Positions 36,031 to 36,085 of a DNA stretch of 36,085 nt are shown here, piece by piece (position 1 is the first letter of the stretch; every line of letters starts with the position of its first letter). This stretch comes from Gemmatimonadales bacterium (GTDB lineage: Bacteria > Gemmatimonadota > Gemmatimonadetes > Palauibacterales > Palauibacteraceae), in contig JAUVMT010000002.1 in NCBI GenBank assembly GCA_030600085.1, positions 1 through 36,085 on the forward strand, given 5' to 3'. The notes below the pieces were generated by a model. It ran no database searches, was not told the DNA's origin, and saw only the letters and a list, made by a program, of their open reading frames with translations. The position numbers and the translations under genes were made by a program.

Positions 36031-36085
36031 GCTGCGAGGCATGGGCATGAGCACCGGCCGAGGTCCGGGCAGAGAGTCGAGCAGA

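Noticed and set aside
36041-36085. A possible start of another plus-strand gene (ATG 36041 or ATG 36047 after GAGG) at the window edge.
   Set aside because: Only about 15 codons are visible. That is too short to support a call.

Overview
This is a strongly GC-rich bacterial chromosomal segment. G/C-ending codons dominate every real reading frame. Overall GC was not computed; by eye it is about two-thirds to 70%. I call 40 protein-coding genes and 2 tRNA genes. All but four protein genes lie on the minus strand, packed head to tail with many 4-nt start/stop overlaps.

The content is almost entirely housekeeping:
- Envelope and lipid: rseP, cdsA, uppS, plsC, ftsB.
- Central metabolism: eno, glyA, pta, coaD, thiL, nnr.
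- RNA modification: thiI, rsmA, rsmD, rsmE, prmA.
- DNA transactions: dnaG, recJ, mutS2, and a DnaQ-like exonuclease.
- A thiolase / 3-hydroxyacyl-CoA dehydrogenase / acyl-CoA dehydrogenase / leucine-type dehydrogenase block, with bioY and a CPBP protease embedded in it.

I see no CRISPR array, transposase, integrase, phage genes, recognisable defence cassette or biosynthetic cluster, so I cannot honestly claim a large novel system here.

The items most worth a second look are small:
1. A tRNA with the bacterially rare anticodon UAU. It has its own sigma70-like promoter and a textbook intrinsic terminator, and it sits directly upstream of a CAU tRNA.
2. A 57-codon ORF below the ORF-track cutoff, with a Rex-like N-terminus. 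It is coupled by a GTGA overlap to a wHTH-DEDDh exonuclease, which is in turn coupled by an ATGA overlap to an AiiA-like metallo-beta-lactamase.
3. An insulated two-gene unit encoding a 4-Cys zinc-ribbon miniprotein and a Minf_1886-like protein.
4. An orphan acidic protein at the 3' end of the window.

The long antisense ORFs in the track are high-GC artefacts. Phylum cannot be assigned from this sequence alone.
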